From Octopus bimaculoides (taxonomy: Eukaryota), in the NCBI RefSeq assembly GCF_001194135.2, contig NC_068986.1:451699-499160 (forward strand): a DNA stretch of 47,462 nt, read 5' to 3'. A program made the translations under genes and the position numbers. The notes beneath the pieces are model-generated. The model was not told the origin of the DNA and searched no databases. It saw only the letters and a program-made list of their open reading frames with translations. Shown in pieces: positions 1 through 12,559 of this stretch; the first letter of the stretch is position 1, and each line of letters begins with the position of its first letter.

Positions 1-245
1 CATGTTTTTATTCATGTTTTTATTCTTCTTGTATCAGATGGATAACCCACCCTCCATTTACAGCAAGTCGCGAGCGTCTCGTTTTTTTACCTGTGTGCTA
101 AATTTGACTACTTACGACTAACGCGGGCGCATGCGCAAATTTGTGACATGCATACTCTCAGAACTCGGATCCACACTTCTCCAGTAGTACCAAATTTTGA
201 AACTGAGTTTGCACCCCCTAAGCAAATTTTGTTCCCGGGCCACTG
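1..245 (-). mobile_element. Probable end of a hAT-like DNA element inserted into the mariner
   Basis: Mariner homology stops abruptly at 246. The minus strand then starts CAGTGGCCCGGGAACAAAATTTGCTTAGGGGGTGC, a CAGTG terminus without a flanking TA. The other end is not in the window. Confidence 0.4.
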
Positions 246-1289
246 GCAAGTGCAACATCATGTCATCATCATTATTAAAAGTTTTACCATTCAAAGAATT
301 TTGCAAACTAAATGGTAATCTGATGGTGCAAGGTCAGAGCTATAGGGTGGATGTGACATCACTTCCCAACCAAGCTCCAGTCATTTTTCACGAGTTAACA
401 AAGATGTGTGTGATCTAGCGTTATCATGGTGGAACACGATTCCATTACGATTTGCCAATTCTGGCCGTTTTTCTTTGATTGCTTCCTCCATTTTCATTAG
501 TTGGTGATAGTAAACATCTGAATTGATCGTTTGGTTCCTTGGAAATACACAACACCTTTTTAATACCACCAAATTGACAGTATGATCTTTTTTTGATGCA
601 ATTCAGCTTCTGGTGTGGTTTGTAATGGTTCATTATGCTTGGACCATGATCGTTTTCGATTGATGTTATTGTAGACAATCCAGTTTTCATTACCAGTGAT
701 GATTCGTTTAAAAAAAAAGGTCGATTTCATTGCGTTTGAGATGCATATCACAAATATTAATTTGTTGTGTTAAGTGAATCTCTTTCAATTTATGTGGAAC
801 CAAAAGACCGAGCTTCTTAACACGTCCAAGACATTTTAAGTGATTTTCAATTATTGTGTGTGATACACTTAAACTCCCTGCAATCTCTCACATAGTTATA
901 TGACAATCAGATTCACTTATAGCTTTGATTCGGTCATCATCAACGTCAGTAGGTCAACCAGAACGTTGATCAATCTTTGAGTGAAAAATCTCCAGAACGG
1001 AATTTTTGAAACCATTTCTGACGTGTGCGTTCTGTTAAGCAATCAACACCATAAACTTCGCATATCTTTTTGTGAGCCTCAGCAGCTTTCTTACCTTTAC
1101 GGAAATAAAAAAGCAAAATATGGCGAAAATGTTCGTAATTGCACTCCATGTTAAAATTGACACTGAACTGAAGCTAAAAGTAACGGCTATCAAATGTCAA
1201 AAAGTAAAACGCATAACATTGACAAAAGTCATTAAAAAATCGCAATTCTATCTATTTGCAAAAATGAAATTACTTTCTTGCCAACCCAA
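246..1289 (-). mobile_element. Decayed mariner transposon (D34D, cecropia/Hsmar1-like), 5' TIR intact, 3' end missing
   Basis: Minus-strand ATG at 1149 reads MECNYEHFRHILLFYFRKGKKAAEAHKKICEVYGVDCLTERTRQKWFQKFRSGDFSLKD. Later pieces across frameshifts and stops: LVPHKL (WVPHEL-like), KRIITGNENWIVYNN, VFHHDNARSH and WEVMSHPPYSSDLAPSDYH, with 34 residues between the last two Asp. The terminus TTGGGTTGGCAAGAAAGTAATTTCATTTTT starts at 1289 next to TA (1290-1291). The first catalytic D is mutated to N. Confidence 0.95.
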
Positions 1290-1863
1290 TAGTTGTCCCT
1301 CGTTCACTATTCTATGTCTTAACACTACCGAATATATTACTAAACTATCAAAATCATTAGTGGTTTACAATACGATGATAAATTCAGTAACTAATATTTA
1401 CTTAATTTCTATTGTACATCTGATTAAAAGCATAGTGCTCTGTTGCAAACGGTTGGGGTCCAATATAATTAGTACTCTGTTGGCCTACAGTTCCTATCCG
1501 TACTAGCAAATATACAAATTAGAGAAGAATGGACTTGTTCCAGTCTGAATTTTAACAGTCACATTAAATAAATATTTAGTAATTTGATAAGTTTTTTTAA
1601 ATTATTACAACCAGATTTATAAATAATTCCCGGAAGCACCCAACTTTGTCTGAGTTCCAAAATTTACTTCTCTTTCAGGCTTCAGCTAAACGGTAAATTA
1701 GTCCCTTAACGTTAAAAGTTAGCATCTATCCTTCTTTTTGCACAGTGTCAGTACTAAAACGTCATTTCAAATAGTCATTTGAAAATAAGAACTTTACGTT
1801 ATGTGCGCATGCGTGCGTGCGCGTATGTTTGTATTTGTTTTTATGTATATGTGAATGTGTGTA

Positions 1864-1909
<46 letters not shown>

Positions 1910-3439
1910 GAAATATCAAAATGAGATTACTTCATCGACCAAGATATTTGAAACTGCATACTAACTTTTCAACGGTATGATTTTTAAACGAGCAATTATA
2001 ACTAAAGTGTTACAATATATAGTCTATTCAAGGTTGTTCAGAAGAAATGAGGGAGAATGTGTGCGTGTTTGTGTATGATGTGTATGTGAGATGAAGAGAG
2101 AGAGAGAAAAAGAATTAATGTGAACCAGGGAGACAAGTGGGATGCATACCATTATACCTACCAGGTTTTCAGCGTCTCATTTCTCGAATCTTCTGTTGTT
2201 TTTACCTTCAGGACCCTCAGATATGGCATTTTGTTTTCTTTTTGGTACATTATTCCGAGATGGATACAGATTTATGTGTACATTTTGGATAAAATTCGTT
2301 GAGAAAATGTGTCAAAGGTTCAAACAAACAAACATTGACACTTACAGATACAGACTAACTTCGGAAATACAAGTAATCAGAAAATTAACAGTCACGCAAT
2401 TCAAAGTTAATTTAGTATTTCGTTATATGCCTATAAGCCTATGGACAAAATCTGTTTTATAACTAACTGTTTAGAAATAGAACACAATTCCTCAATCAGT
2501 AGCAAAGGGACTATTTAATATGATTAGTGCAAAGGTTATATATATTTCTTCATTCGCAAAAATAAAACACATTTTGTGAAATGAATCTATGGGTGACATT
2601 CTTACTGAACACAAGCAAAAGGAAAATACGTTTTTAATGAGGTGTATAAATAAATATAGTGTGTCTGTCAGTGAACCTCTATGACTCAAACTACACTGTA
2701 TAACAACATTTTTTATTTGTTTATTTATTGTTTTTGGCCAGTAAGTGTTATTTCCTATTTGCATTTAGCTAGAAATCAAAGGAAATAACTACTATTCCCT
2801 TCAAACTTTGCTTTTGTGACCTGGATATCAATGAGTTGGAACTGAACTATTTTCCATTACATTTCAGATAGACTCGGTGCTGAGTTGTCGAAGCAGAAAT
2901 ATTCTGTTCAATAGCACAGATTTGCTTGTCAGTTGCTTTACTTAAACCACTTCAGCATGTCCCTTGGTGCCTGGTAATATATGCATCTCTGATCATGAGC
3001 AGGAGTAGTGGGGGAGGCATCAAAGCCATCTATTGAAAAGGATTCTTTGAGGTTTGAATGAATGTAACAAAAGCAAAGTTTGAAGGAAATATTAGACACT
3101 TTTCATACTTTCTAGGGGTAAGAAAATAGGAAGTAACAGTTGCTACCCAAGGACAAAAATCGTGTTACACAGAGTTATATAAGATAATTGGGTTGTGTTT
3201 ATTGTTGTTATTGTTGTTGTTTAGTCTTAGTTAATCCTGTTCGAGCAAAACTATGATCAAAGATATTCTAGTTATAATTAGCTTGCTTTGTTAGGAGGGA
3301 CACAATCTGCAACGTGAAAATGGTGGTTCTTTGTTCTTTTGAAGACGATAGGATAACTTTGAAGAGGATCCTAACTGGCCAAATTAACTTGTCTTTCAAA
3401 TAGATTAATATTACACAACCAAACATGAATTAATGGTGC

Positions 3440-4290
3440 CTGTTTAGTACAAAATGCTTCAGTAAAAAAGCAATATTGCCTAAATAGTTATCCATCGAAC
3501 AATATATGTTAACATTACTGAACATTACAGAAAACTAAAAGAATAACACGTGACATATAATACGATAATGGATTCAGCAACTATTTCATTCTTAATGAAT
3601 TCTATAGATTATCGAATACAAGACATAGCGCACTATTACAACCAGTGTATTACGTTTAGTATTTCGTTCGCTAGCAATGTTATGTTAACATCCACTCTAT
3701 TAAATGTACCTGTAGAAATGATGAACACTTTCAGTTTGACTCTCCCACTAGATACTTTATACCAATACACTGGACTTACAATATTAAACACAATTCTCCA
3801 AGGGTTGAAGAAATCAATACCACTAAATTTTTAAATAGTTTGCTATTGAAATAAATCTAACATCTCAACATCGAATAAATAAATACAATACTGAATATTA
3901 TACAAAACTTTAATGATTCTACTTTATTGAACACGAGTTCAAAATATGAACTAGCCTGTGCACAAAATAGGAGGAAAATGTTCTACATGTGCTATACTTT
4001 TCTAAGGCATCAATTATTTACAGCTATCTTACCGTTTGTATTCCTCTCTACCATCGAAGCTATTGTGACGAACGTTAGCTAGACTCTTCTCTCGGTGTTA
4101 TTCATAATACAACGTAATTAGTATTTCTTGTGCTTGTTAATTTACATAAACGAAAATTATGGACCTTCGAGTGTTGCACTTTGTTTCAGTACGGAGTAAG
4201 CAACAGTAATTTGTATTTATCACGTAATTTATCAGTCGGACCTTCAGGATGGCCTGAAACGATACTGCATCGGACTAAATTACATCCACA
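3440..4290 (+). mobile_element. Possible highly decayed Penelope-like element 3' region
   Basis: Weak motifs CLNSYPSNNI (NGYP-like), IHSIKCTCRND and SLLLK..HLN. These are followed by a 3' segment ending in AGG-ATGG-CCT-GAAACG, which resembles the 3' half of a hammerhead core. Confidence 0.3.
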
Positions 4291-4376
4291 AATTCACACA
4301 CGTATGTGTGTGTGTATGTATATATATCTGTATATATATATATAAGTGCGTATATCTATACATATATATATATATA

Positions 4377-4745
4377 NNNNNNNNNNNNNNNNNNNNNNNN
4401 NNNNNNNNNNNNNNNNNNNNNNNNNNNNNNNNNNNNNNNNNNNNNNNNNNNNNNNNNNNNNNNNNNNNNNNNNNNNNNNNNNNNNNNNNNNNNNNNNNNN
4501 NNNNNNNNNNNNNNNNNNNNNNNNNNNNNNNNNNNNNNNNNNNNNNNNNNNNNNNNNNNNNNNNNNNNNNNNNNNNNNNNNNNNNNNNNNNNNNNNNNNN
4601 NNNNNNNNNNNNNNNNNNNNNNNNNNNNNNNNNNNNNNNNNNNNNNNNNNNNNNNNNNNNNNNNNNNNNNNNNNNNNNNNNNNNNNNNNNNNNNNNNNNN
4701 NNNNNNNNNNNNNNNNNNNNNNNNNNNNNNNNNNNNNNNNNNNNN
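4377..4745. other. Assembly gap (N run) within TA microsatellite
   Basis: N run flanked by (TA)n. Confidence 1.
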
Positions 4746-6078
4746 ATATATATCTGTATGTATATATATCTGTATATATATATATAAGTGCGTATATCTA
4801 TACATATATATATATATATACATATACATATATGTATGTACATACATATAAACATACACGTGTGCGTGTGAGTGTGTATGTGTACTTGTGTGTTTTTGTG
4901 TTTGTGTGTGTGTTTGTGTATGTGTGTTTGTGTATGTGTGTGTGTGTACGAGTGTGTGTGTGTGTGCATTCTTTATACTAGAAACTGAATATTAGAGGCA
5001 TAAAAATATGCAAATAGAATGATTTAGCTATTGAAATAACCACAGATACGAAAGAAGCAAACGTGTATATACATACACACAACCTATGCACATGAACACC
5101 TTCATGAAGACTGCCACCGGCGTTCACCGCATATATACGCACATATCCATGCATGTATGTATACACCATCATACGCGCACAGAAACATATACAACTTATG
5201 TGCATGGACACGCTGAATAATATAGATAATCGCTGATAAGGACAGCGATATGATATCTGTTCTTGCTGAGCCTCATAAAGGTAGCAATTACACGGAACGC
5301 GGTCGATGTTTCAAAATCTCTTTCCTGGCTGTTATTATATCATCAACCCATTAAATCCATCTGCTTCAATTTTAAGTCTAAATAATGGTGTTGGAAATAA
5401 TGTTTCTAATGTCAGTGATCAATCTGAATGACTCGTGATGTAAAATGAATGCAAATAGGCATACAAGCCTCAGAATAAACATCTAACCATCTTTCAGAGT
5501 ACTCTGCCCAGGATGAAACAAAACTGTATTATACTTACAACAAAAGGTAATAGTTAAAACAGACATTTTCCTGAATATTTATTCACAGTACAATATCTAT
5601 CTTAACATCATCTTATATTATACAAAAGTTACGACATGTGATTTGTAATGGACTTCAGATCCATTTGTTACGTAACTGAACACGACATCAACTTAAAAAA
5701 GGTGCAAAATCATAGGGATTGTTCCTAAATCTTCAGGATCAAGTTGAGATTTCCAAAAGCCCCTATAACTTAAGCATTTTAGAGTTATAGATGCTTTTAT
5801 GTTTCTATTACTTATGGCGAAACAGTTTAGATAGACTTATTATTTCAACACTTATTGTTTCAATGTTGTTATCCATAATGCAATATAATTATTATTTCAT
5901 ATCGTCACCCCAGTATCCTCTTCATGTTTCGCGTGGGATCAAATAGTAAGTGCATATCTGATGTTAATTTCTAGAATTAAATATATTTAGCATCCTTTAG
6001 GGTACTCGGAAATATCTTTTAAAAAAATCAAAATACCGCCAAGAAAATTCGTGGGGCGAAATTTCAGCCAGAATATTT

Positions 6079-6262
6079 TGCTTTCAAATTTTGGCACAAA
6101 TTTCAGAGAAGGCGATAAGTCGGTTACATTGACCCCATTGCTCACCTGGTACTATTTTTTATCACAATAAAAAAATGACGGGTTAAACCGACTTCGAACT
6201 CATGAACGACCGGTAAGCATCTTGCCAAGCATGCTGACGATTCTGCCAGTTCGCCACCGTCA
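6079..6262 (-). mobile_element. SINE family A, degraded copy
   Basis: Reverse complement of the GCGAACTGGCAGAATCGTCAGC head and of the GGGGTCAATGTAACCGAC...GTGCCAAAATTTGAAAGC tail, which match other copies in the window. Confidence 0.75.
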
Positions 6263-7226
6263 GACAGAGTATATTAATAACAATTCAATAATTTGTTATT
6301 GTGAATCTTCATTCAGAAGATCATTAGGATAACTGTCTGAATCCATATCGTATTTAAAATGCTAGCAAAATGTATCATAAATATCTTTCAGAAATTCGGC
6401 AACTTTCAATGCAACACAATGCTATAAAAAGTATCATATTAGAAGAACGGTGATAACAGACCTCCCACTTTTGAAAGTCTTGCCTCTTCTAAGATTCCTA
6501 TCCAAATAGACAATACACTTAACCGTCACTTGGATAATTGAGCTATTGAAACTGGTGCTATACGCATTGATTCGGTTTTCAATATATAACGCAAACAACA
6601 AAACAGCTAACGTTCAAAACTGGCACTTATAGAAATGAAAGACAACAGGATCTTTTATAACACGATAAAAGTTTTCCTGAAGATAAAAATTGTGCAAGTA
6701 TAAAATTAAATATCATCTTCAAGTAAATTTTAATCTTTTATTTTTTTTTTTCTGCTCAAAAGTTTCATTTTATATCAGTCTTTGAGTAATACTTATATCC
6801 TTTAAACCAAAGGATTTAAACTAAGTGAATGATAACTTTAAGATTTTGATTGCATACATAAATATTCTTTGAACAATACTCAACGAAAGTTCGTTTTGAT
6901 TTCTACCCAGGACTGAAATGGCTTTCTTTATTCTTCTTAAAAAATTGTATTATATATACAGGTGTATTACAAATACTTGCAACTTCACTTAGATGACAAC
7001 AATAACTCATATATATAAGGAGTTTAAGTAGATCACGAGAAGATATAATGAAAAGCTATCCATAAATAGAAAAACGTGAGGTAAAATGAATTAACGATAA
7101 AACGAATTTAATAGAAATGGTATGGAAATCAGTGACGAGCAATGATGATGAATGTTCTTCAATACAGACAGGTTCCTTCCCATATCACATTCGAGGATCA
7201 GCTTTTATCCAATAATAAAGTGTATG

Positions 7227-7258
<32 letters not shown>

Positions 7259-7291
7259 AGTAAATGGTGGGGTTGTGTTATTTTTTCCTTT

Positions 7292-7355
<64 letters not shown>

Positions 7356-7544
7356 TATATATATATATAGATATATATATATCAAAAAGACGTGTTATGA
7401 TACTATTCCACAGCCATACCAACAATCCAGTATTCGCACACACAAACACACACATATTATATCAATGTGTATGTGTAATTATGATTATAATAATGAAAAT
7501 ATTCTATACAAGTCACGAGACGGAAAAATATGTGTATGTATATA

Positions 7545-7697
7545 CAGGCGTGGTTGTGTGGTAAGAAGCTTGCTTCCCAGCCACAACGTATCGGGTTCAC
7601 TTCCACTGCGTGACACCTTGGGCAAACGTCTTCTCTAGTCACGGGCTGACCAAAGCCGTGTGAGTGGATTTGGTAGACGAAAACTGAAACCCGTCGT
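7545..7697 (+). mobile_element. SINE family B 5' module (tRNA-like head plus CCTTGGGCAA motif)
   Basis: GGCGTGGTTGTGTGGTAAGAAGCTTGCTTCCC..GGGTTCACTTCC (A/B-box-like), then GACACCTTGGGCAAACGTCTTCT and GGATTTGGTAGACGAAAACTGAAA. Matches 25931-26070. Confidence 0.85.
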
Positions 7698-7762
7698 TTA
7701 TATATATATATATATATAATATTGAAAATATTCCACACAAGCCAGGAGAGGGAAAAATGTGC

Positions 7763-7821
<59 letters not shown>

Positions 7822-7824
<3 letters not shown>

Positions 7825-8010
7825 CCTTGGCCAAAAGTATTAGGCCATCCCAATGTTTTGGGGTTCTGCTATTTCAATGTTAATGAAACTCGTGCCCATG
7901 GTAGATTATGGTATATTTCACAATATGCATTAGTTTTAATATCTGGTTGACCCCCCTTTTGCATCAATTACCGCTTTTATACGGATAGGTATTGAATCAA
8001 CAACTTCCAG
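7822..8010 (-). mobile_element. Tc1-like transposon right end with transposase C-terminus
   Basis: TA|CAGCCTTGGCCAAAAGTATTAGGCC is a Tc1-type TIR sitting in a (TA)n tract. Minus strand 8010-7936 reads LEVVDSIPIRIKAVIDAKGGSTRY*, the typical Tc1 C-terminal motif. Confidence 0.88.
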
Positions 8011-8249
8011 GTCATCTCTACTAAATGTCACCACTCTGTTATATTTGTCACTTTTATCCTTCCTTTCTAGTCAGCACCGTGCATTCTTTACTCTTTCCCT
8101 CCCTTATACAGTATCAACTAGCAAACGGCGAGCGAACTTGTCACTGCCACTACAATCACCGTATTTTCCGGTGTATGTGCCGCTGTTTGTTTTGTTTTAC
8201 CTTCATGTTTCGATAATATTATTTTTAATCTAATAAAGGCTTTTATATT

Positions 8250-8482
8250 CATTTCTTTATTGCCCATAGGGGGCTAAACATAGAGGGGACAAACAAAGAC
8301 AGACAAAGGGATTAAGTCGATTACATCGACCCTAGTGCGTAACTGGTACTTAATTTATAGACCCCGAAAGGATGAAAGGCAAAGTCGACTTCGGCGTAAT
8401 TTGAACTCAGAACATAACGGTAGACGAAATACCGCTCAGCATTTCGCCCGTCGTGCTATCGTTTCTGCCAGCTCACCGCCTT
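8250..8482 (-). mobile_element. SINE family A, full-length, tail type B, with 19-bp TSD
   Basis: Head GGCGGTGAGCTGGCAGAAACGATAGC, B-box GAGTTCAAATTAC, central GCCTTTCATCCTTTCGGGGTCTATAAATTAAGTACCAG. Flanked by TAATAAAG(G/A)CTTTTATATT at 8231-8249 and 8483-8501. Confidence 0.92.
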
Positions 8483-8589
8483 TAATAAAGACTTTTATAT
8501 TGACGTAATGTGTTTGTTGTTGATTATAGTAAGATAAACTCATAACAATAACAATGCATCTCATGGATGTAAAATATGCGTCAACAACA

Positions 8590-8919
8590 AAAAAGCTAGC
8601 TGCGGAGACGTTGCTCTATGGTGTTGATTCTTCGAAGAGTGGTGACATTTAGTAGAGATGACCCGGAAGTTGTTCCTATTCGATTACTATCGCAAACAGC
8701 AGTAGCTTTCTTCAAGCGAATACACGTCGTTGATTGGTTGAAATTACCTAAATACGATAACTTTAACATGAAATAACTTTTAAAATAGGAAATTTTGTCA
8801 AAAACGTTCAGAGTAAACAGTGTTCTACGTGACAAATTCTACCAGTATTCGAAGTTTCAAACTGTTTAGTTAAAAAAAAGATTAATTAAAAAAATCAGTG
8901 AATGAGATGGAATAGATCC
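8590..8919 (+). mobile_element. Partial copy of the GGATCT-terminated MITE family
   Basis: GTCGTTGATTGGTTGAAATTACCTAAATACGATAACTTTAACATGAAATAACTT...TTCTACCAGTATTCGAAGTTTCAAA matches 34927-35075 and, inverted, 38720-38870. It ends in AGATCC at 8919. Confidence 0.75.
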
Positions 8920-9026
8920 AGGGCGACTAATATCATTAAAAAATATTTCAGACCGAGAGCGAATTGTCAACTGAACTCTAAATACCTTTTGTCATCTGAA
9001 CATAGATTTTCATTCATATCAGCTGC

Positions 9027-9057
<31 letters not shown>

Positions 9058-9559
9058 TCTCAGTTTTCATAGCTTAACCATCAAAGATACGAAATTATTA
9101 ATGTTCTCAAACGTCTTTACCCTTTATCACTGATAAGCGTATGTTTGCTTTTCTCCTTCGCTTTTCCAATCCAAGCTTTTTTTTCCAATTAACATATCTC
9201 TGTGATGTCTCGTTTCCAAGTCGTAAGTGATAAGCGTGTGCTTCGTAAATATGCAAAACAGAATTGTCATAATCATGATTAGGATGAATTTTATTACTCC
9301 AATCTAATCAATAAACAATTGACAAAAACTAAAAAGAGGCCTGGATTGTATTTTTTCACTCTCTATAGACCCTTCTTTAAACTGTTCTTATGCTACTATA
9401 ACAACGATCGCAAAAATAACTGAAAGGATTATATAAGGGAAAACATAAATGCATACATGTGTGTATGTGTGTGTATGCATGTATTTATGTATATATTTCA
9501 GGTAGCTCTTAAAGCTACTGGTAACATGTAACCTAGTACAACCTGTTTCAATATTAGGC

Positions 9560-11350
9560 GGTACGAGACTAAACCACCAAGCTTCCTTGGCAAGGATGGT
9601 GGTTTTCATTGAACATCCTGCAAGACGAAAAACAAAATTTGTAAAAAGTAGGATGAAGTGAATAATGTCAACGGCCATCCATGGGCTGGGAGTGAGAGAC
9701 CGCTAGACTTTATACATTTCAAGAAGGACTACTCTACTGCAATACCTGCGACTTCATACGCATCGCATGATGTAGACTAGGTTTTCTTTTCGGGCAAATC
9801 CATATGTTATTTAGAGTGTTAGGTTGTCCCTATGCCTTTCTTTAGTTTATAAAAACTTATATACAGGCATCACTTGACTGTGAGTTGCATACTGTGGCTG
9901 ACCGTAGCTGATAAAGGCAAGACTCACTGAAAATTTCTATGCACTGAAACCACATTACAGCAGCATCAACGCAAAGTTTCATGTCTATATTTTTTAAAGA
10001 AAGGCCACTGAAGAAGTGTAAACAAAGGAAGTCCATCTCCCAGACTTGTGCATGCTGCTTATGACTGGAAGGTGCTCATTTGAGGAAAGTGCTCATAATT
10101 CTAAGCCATATGGCAATAACTCACCGATGCTCTGACCACAGAATGGTACATTGGGAAGATAACAGGAACTGAGAACGTGAAAGAAAAGGTTTAAAATATA
10201 AAGAACTTGAAAGGCGTCTTGTGAGGCACTCTAACAGTGGCAAAATTAATATTGATCTAACACCTTTGTGTGTAATATTAATTCGCTCTTTCATAAAGCA
10301 GTTGCTTCAGTTTCAATACACGGTCTCAGATCAGCTCACTTAGTAGACAAGTACAACTCTGTATACATAAATACATATATGTCTGTATGAATTCATTAAT
10401 GCATATACATACATACATATATCGTTATCAAGGCAAGTGCTGTCTCTTTCCTATTCAGTCATGCCAAACTTGCCGTTTTCACCCACATTTCACCAAATAT
10501 GTTAGAGGACAAAATACTTCTGCTTGATCATGACTTCTTCTTCAAGAGGGACTTAAAGAGATGGAAAAGTGTGTAGTCGGAGAAGAAAAGACTCATATTA
10601 CTACCTCACTGACAAAGGAAATTTCTTCATAGGCCATCCATCGTTTGTTGTCAATGATGTCCATATGAAATGTCACGTCATATATTATCAGAATTGAACT
10701 GATTTCCTCTACCGGTTTAGCTTTGTTCGAAATGCGGGTATAATTTAGTCTCTTCATGCTGTTTTGTATCTCAGTCAGGGTCTAACCTGATTTCTGGTAC
10801 CAAGAGACAATAACAGTTAGTAGAGTATTGGTTCTGAAGACATTGTTACTTCCATTCTTTTGAAGTGCCCAAGTAAGCAGAGATTTCATTACACCGGTAT
10901 CTCTCCAACACTAGAAAAGCCTGGCTTTCTCTAGAATGAATATTCCTGATCTTTCCTTATGAAGTTCATGGAGTGTGTTAAGTGTCTCATCATGAAAGCT
11001 TGCAATTGTTTTACACCTATTTATGGTAAACGAAATTTATTAAAAGAACTACCTGCACTTAATTCTTGAAAGAAGAGGTGGGAAGGTATTTACAACGGAC
11101 TCGGACGACAGTTCTATCGTCTCACACGTAACAACAGACGCTTAGCTTAATTCCACAAGATAACAATCCTCAGATCCTGAAAGAGAATAGTAGCGTCGTT
11201 CTTCCTACACCTCAGACAGCACAACATCTCCCAGTCCATTTGCGGTCTTATTCACTAGTGGGGTCGATAACAGTTGAAACATCTTCACGGTCATACACGC
11301 ATCCAACATTGCAGACCATGCTATGTAATTGATACTACAGAAATGTTGTT
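9560..11350 (+). mobile_element. Possible very old LINE (RTE-like) remnant
   Basis: Non-microsatellite sequence with only faint, stop-riddled echoes of RTE endonuclease motifs (VFFSGKS; DWKVLI..GKC). Not firmly assignable. Confidence 0.2.
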
Positions 11351-12065
11351 AAACCACCGGTTGTTAATCATTCACAAAACATTGAGTTGAAATTTTGATT
11401 TCTTTGGACAACTTAATGGTTTGGGTCTATTTCGTAATTATTTTTTCAGGACGAATAAAATAGCATGCAAATATCTCGCAGCAAATTTAATGTGAAAAAT
11501 TATTTTTCTACAAAATCAAGAGGATGTTGTTTTGAAATATTGGCACACATTTTCTGTCAATGCTTGAGTTACAATTTAAATTTAGATTTAAAATTCATAT
11601 CTCTTAAAAAGTAGTTTTCTACGATATTAATGGCATCATTATGGCAGTTTTGCGTTGACAGTCAATTAATAAGTTTTTACTGCGTAATACAGCTCAGAAA
11701 TTTTGTTTCCTATTATCTGAATATATGCCATTCAGTCATATTACATATTTAAATAATTTCAATTTGGTGGTTATAATATCTTATATTTTTCCTTAAATTT
11801 CATTCTATTTTGCATCAAAGAACGTATATTTCAGGAATATGTTTTTCCTATTATATTCTATACACTCTTCCCAAATCTGAGCAAGATGCAATTTGACAAA
11901 ATATCATGTCACACCCAGTTTAGGAGTTAAGCATACAAAAAGCATTGGGTTATACTATGTAATAATTGTTTAAAAAGCAATAAAACACAAACTCATTTTA
12001 TAACAATCGACCATAAGAAATTGAAAATTTCTTTCAAACAACATCGACGTGTTAAAAAAACAAAC

Positions 12066-12175
12066 TAATGAAGCAATTTTGGAGGATTATTTTAATGAAG
12101 CAATTTTGGAGGATTATTTTAATGAAGCAATTTTGGAGGATTATTTTAATGAAGCAATTTTGGAGGATTATTTTA
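12066..12175. repeat. Minisatellite, 4 perfect copies of 27 bp
   Basis: TAATGAAGCAATTTTGGAGGATTATTT starts at 12066, 12093, 12120 and 12147. Confidence 0.98.
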
Positions 12176-12559
12176 TTCCAGAAACTTTGTCAGAAAAAAA
12201 AAGCTGAATGGCCATGGTTGAAATGTTGTTAGTCATTAGTTTGTTCAATCATGGCTGACCTGGGTATAAACAACAACATTATATTTTTCTAATTCTTACT
12301 CAGAAAGAGGAGTGCCGAAGATCCTTCAGGGTCTCCGACACTGATGCCAAGAAGGAAGGAAATAACACTCACACCAGACACCAAATCCGAATGTTTGCAA
12401 CAATGAAAGTTTGTTAAAAGCATTTGAATCAGATGGCGATGTTAAACCGGGCCAGGGATTATGTCACCTCCAAAGGCTTAGAATACAAAAAGTTGGAATG
12501 AATAGCAAAAGGCATCTTATCTAATGCTCTAACTGTTCCGCTAATCCACAGTCTTGGAC

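Noticed and set aside
1072-1506. 144-aa plus-strand ORF
   Set aside because: It is antisense to the mariner 5' end and TIR and continues into AT-rich flank; no coding signature.
1679-1692. 14-nt micro-exon-like segment (TTCTCTTTCAG|GCTTCAGCTAAACG|GTAAAT); similar isolated pairs at 16271, 27592, 46794-46842 (plus) and 45509-45527 (minus)
   Set aside because: Isolated splice-like pairs are expected by chance in 47 kb, and they do not join into a coherent ORF.
4314-4818. Identical 63-bp sequence on both sides of the first gap (4314-4376 and 4756-4818)
   Set aside because: Most likely an unmerged contig overlap, so the gap may be artificial; not treated as biology.
4280-4981. Long ORFs spanning N gaps and microsatellites (also 23062-23870, 40184-41074, 7142-7834, 46872-47229)
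   Set aside because: YI/CV/HT/MYVC repeats are translations of (TA)n, (TG)n and (TATG)n plus X from gaps; they are not proteins.
6957-6990. TA|CAGGTGTATTACAAATACTTGCAAC, resembling a Tc1/mariner terminus
   Set aside because: No partner TIR or transposase sequence found.
12066-12175. CRISPR-like array
   Set aside because: The repeats are contiguous with no spacers, and the context is eukaryotic.
12304-12420. Acceptor-like site followed by GC-richer sequence
   Set aside because: All frames close within 40 codons, there is no good donor, and the segment lies among repeat fragments.
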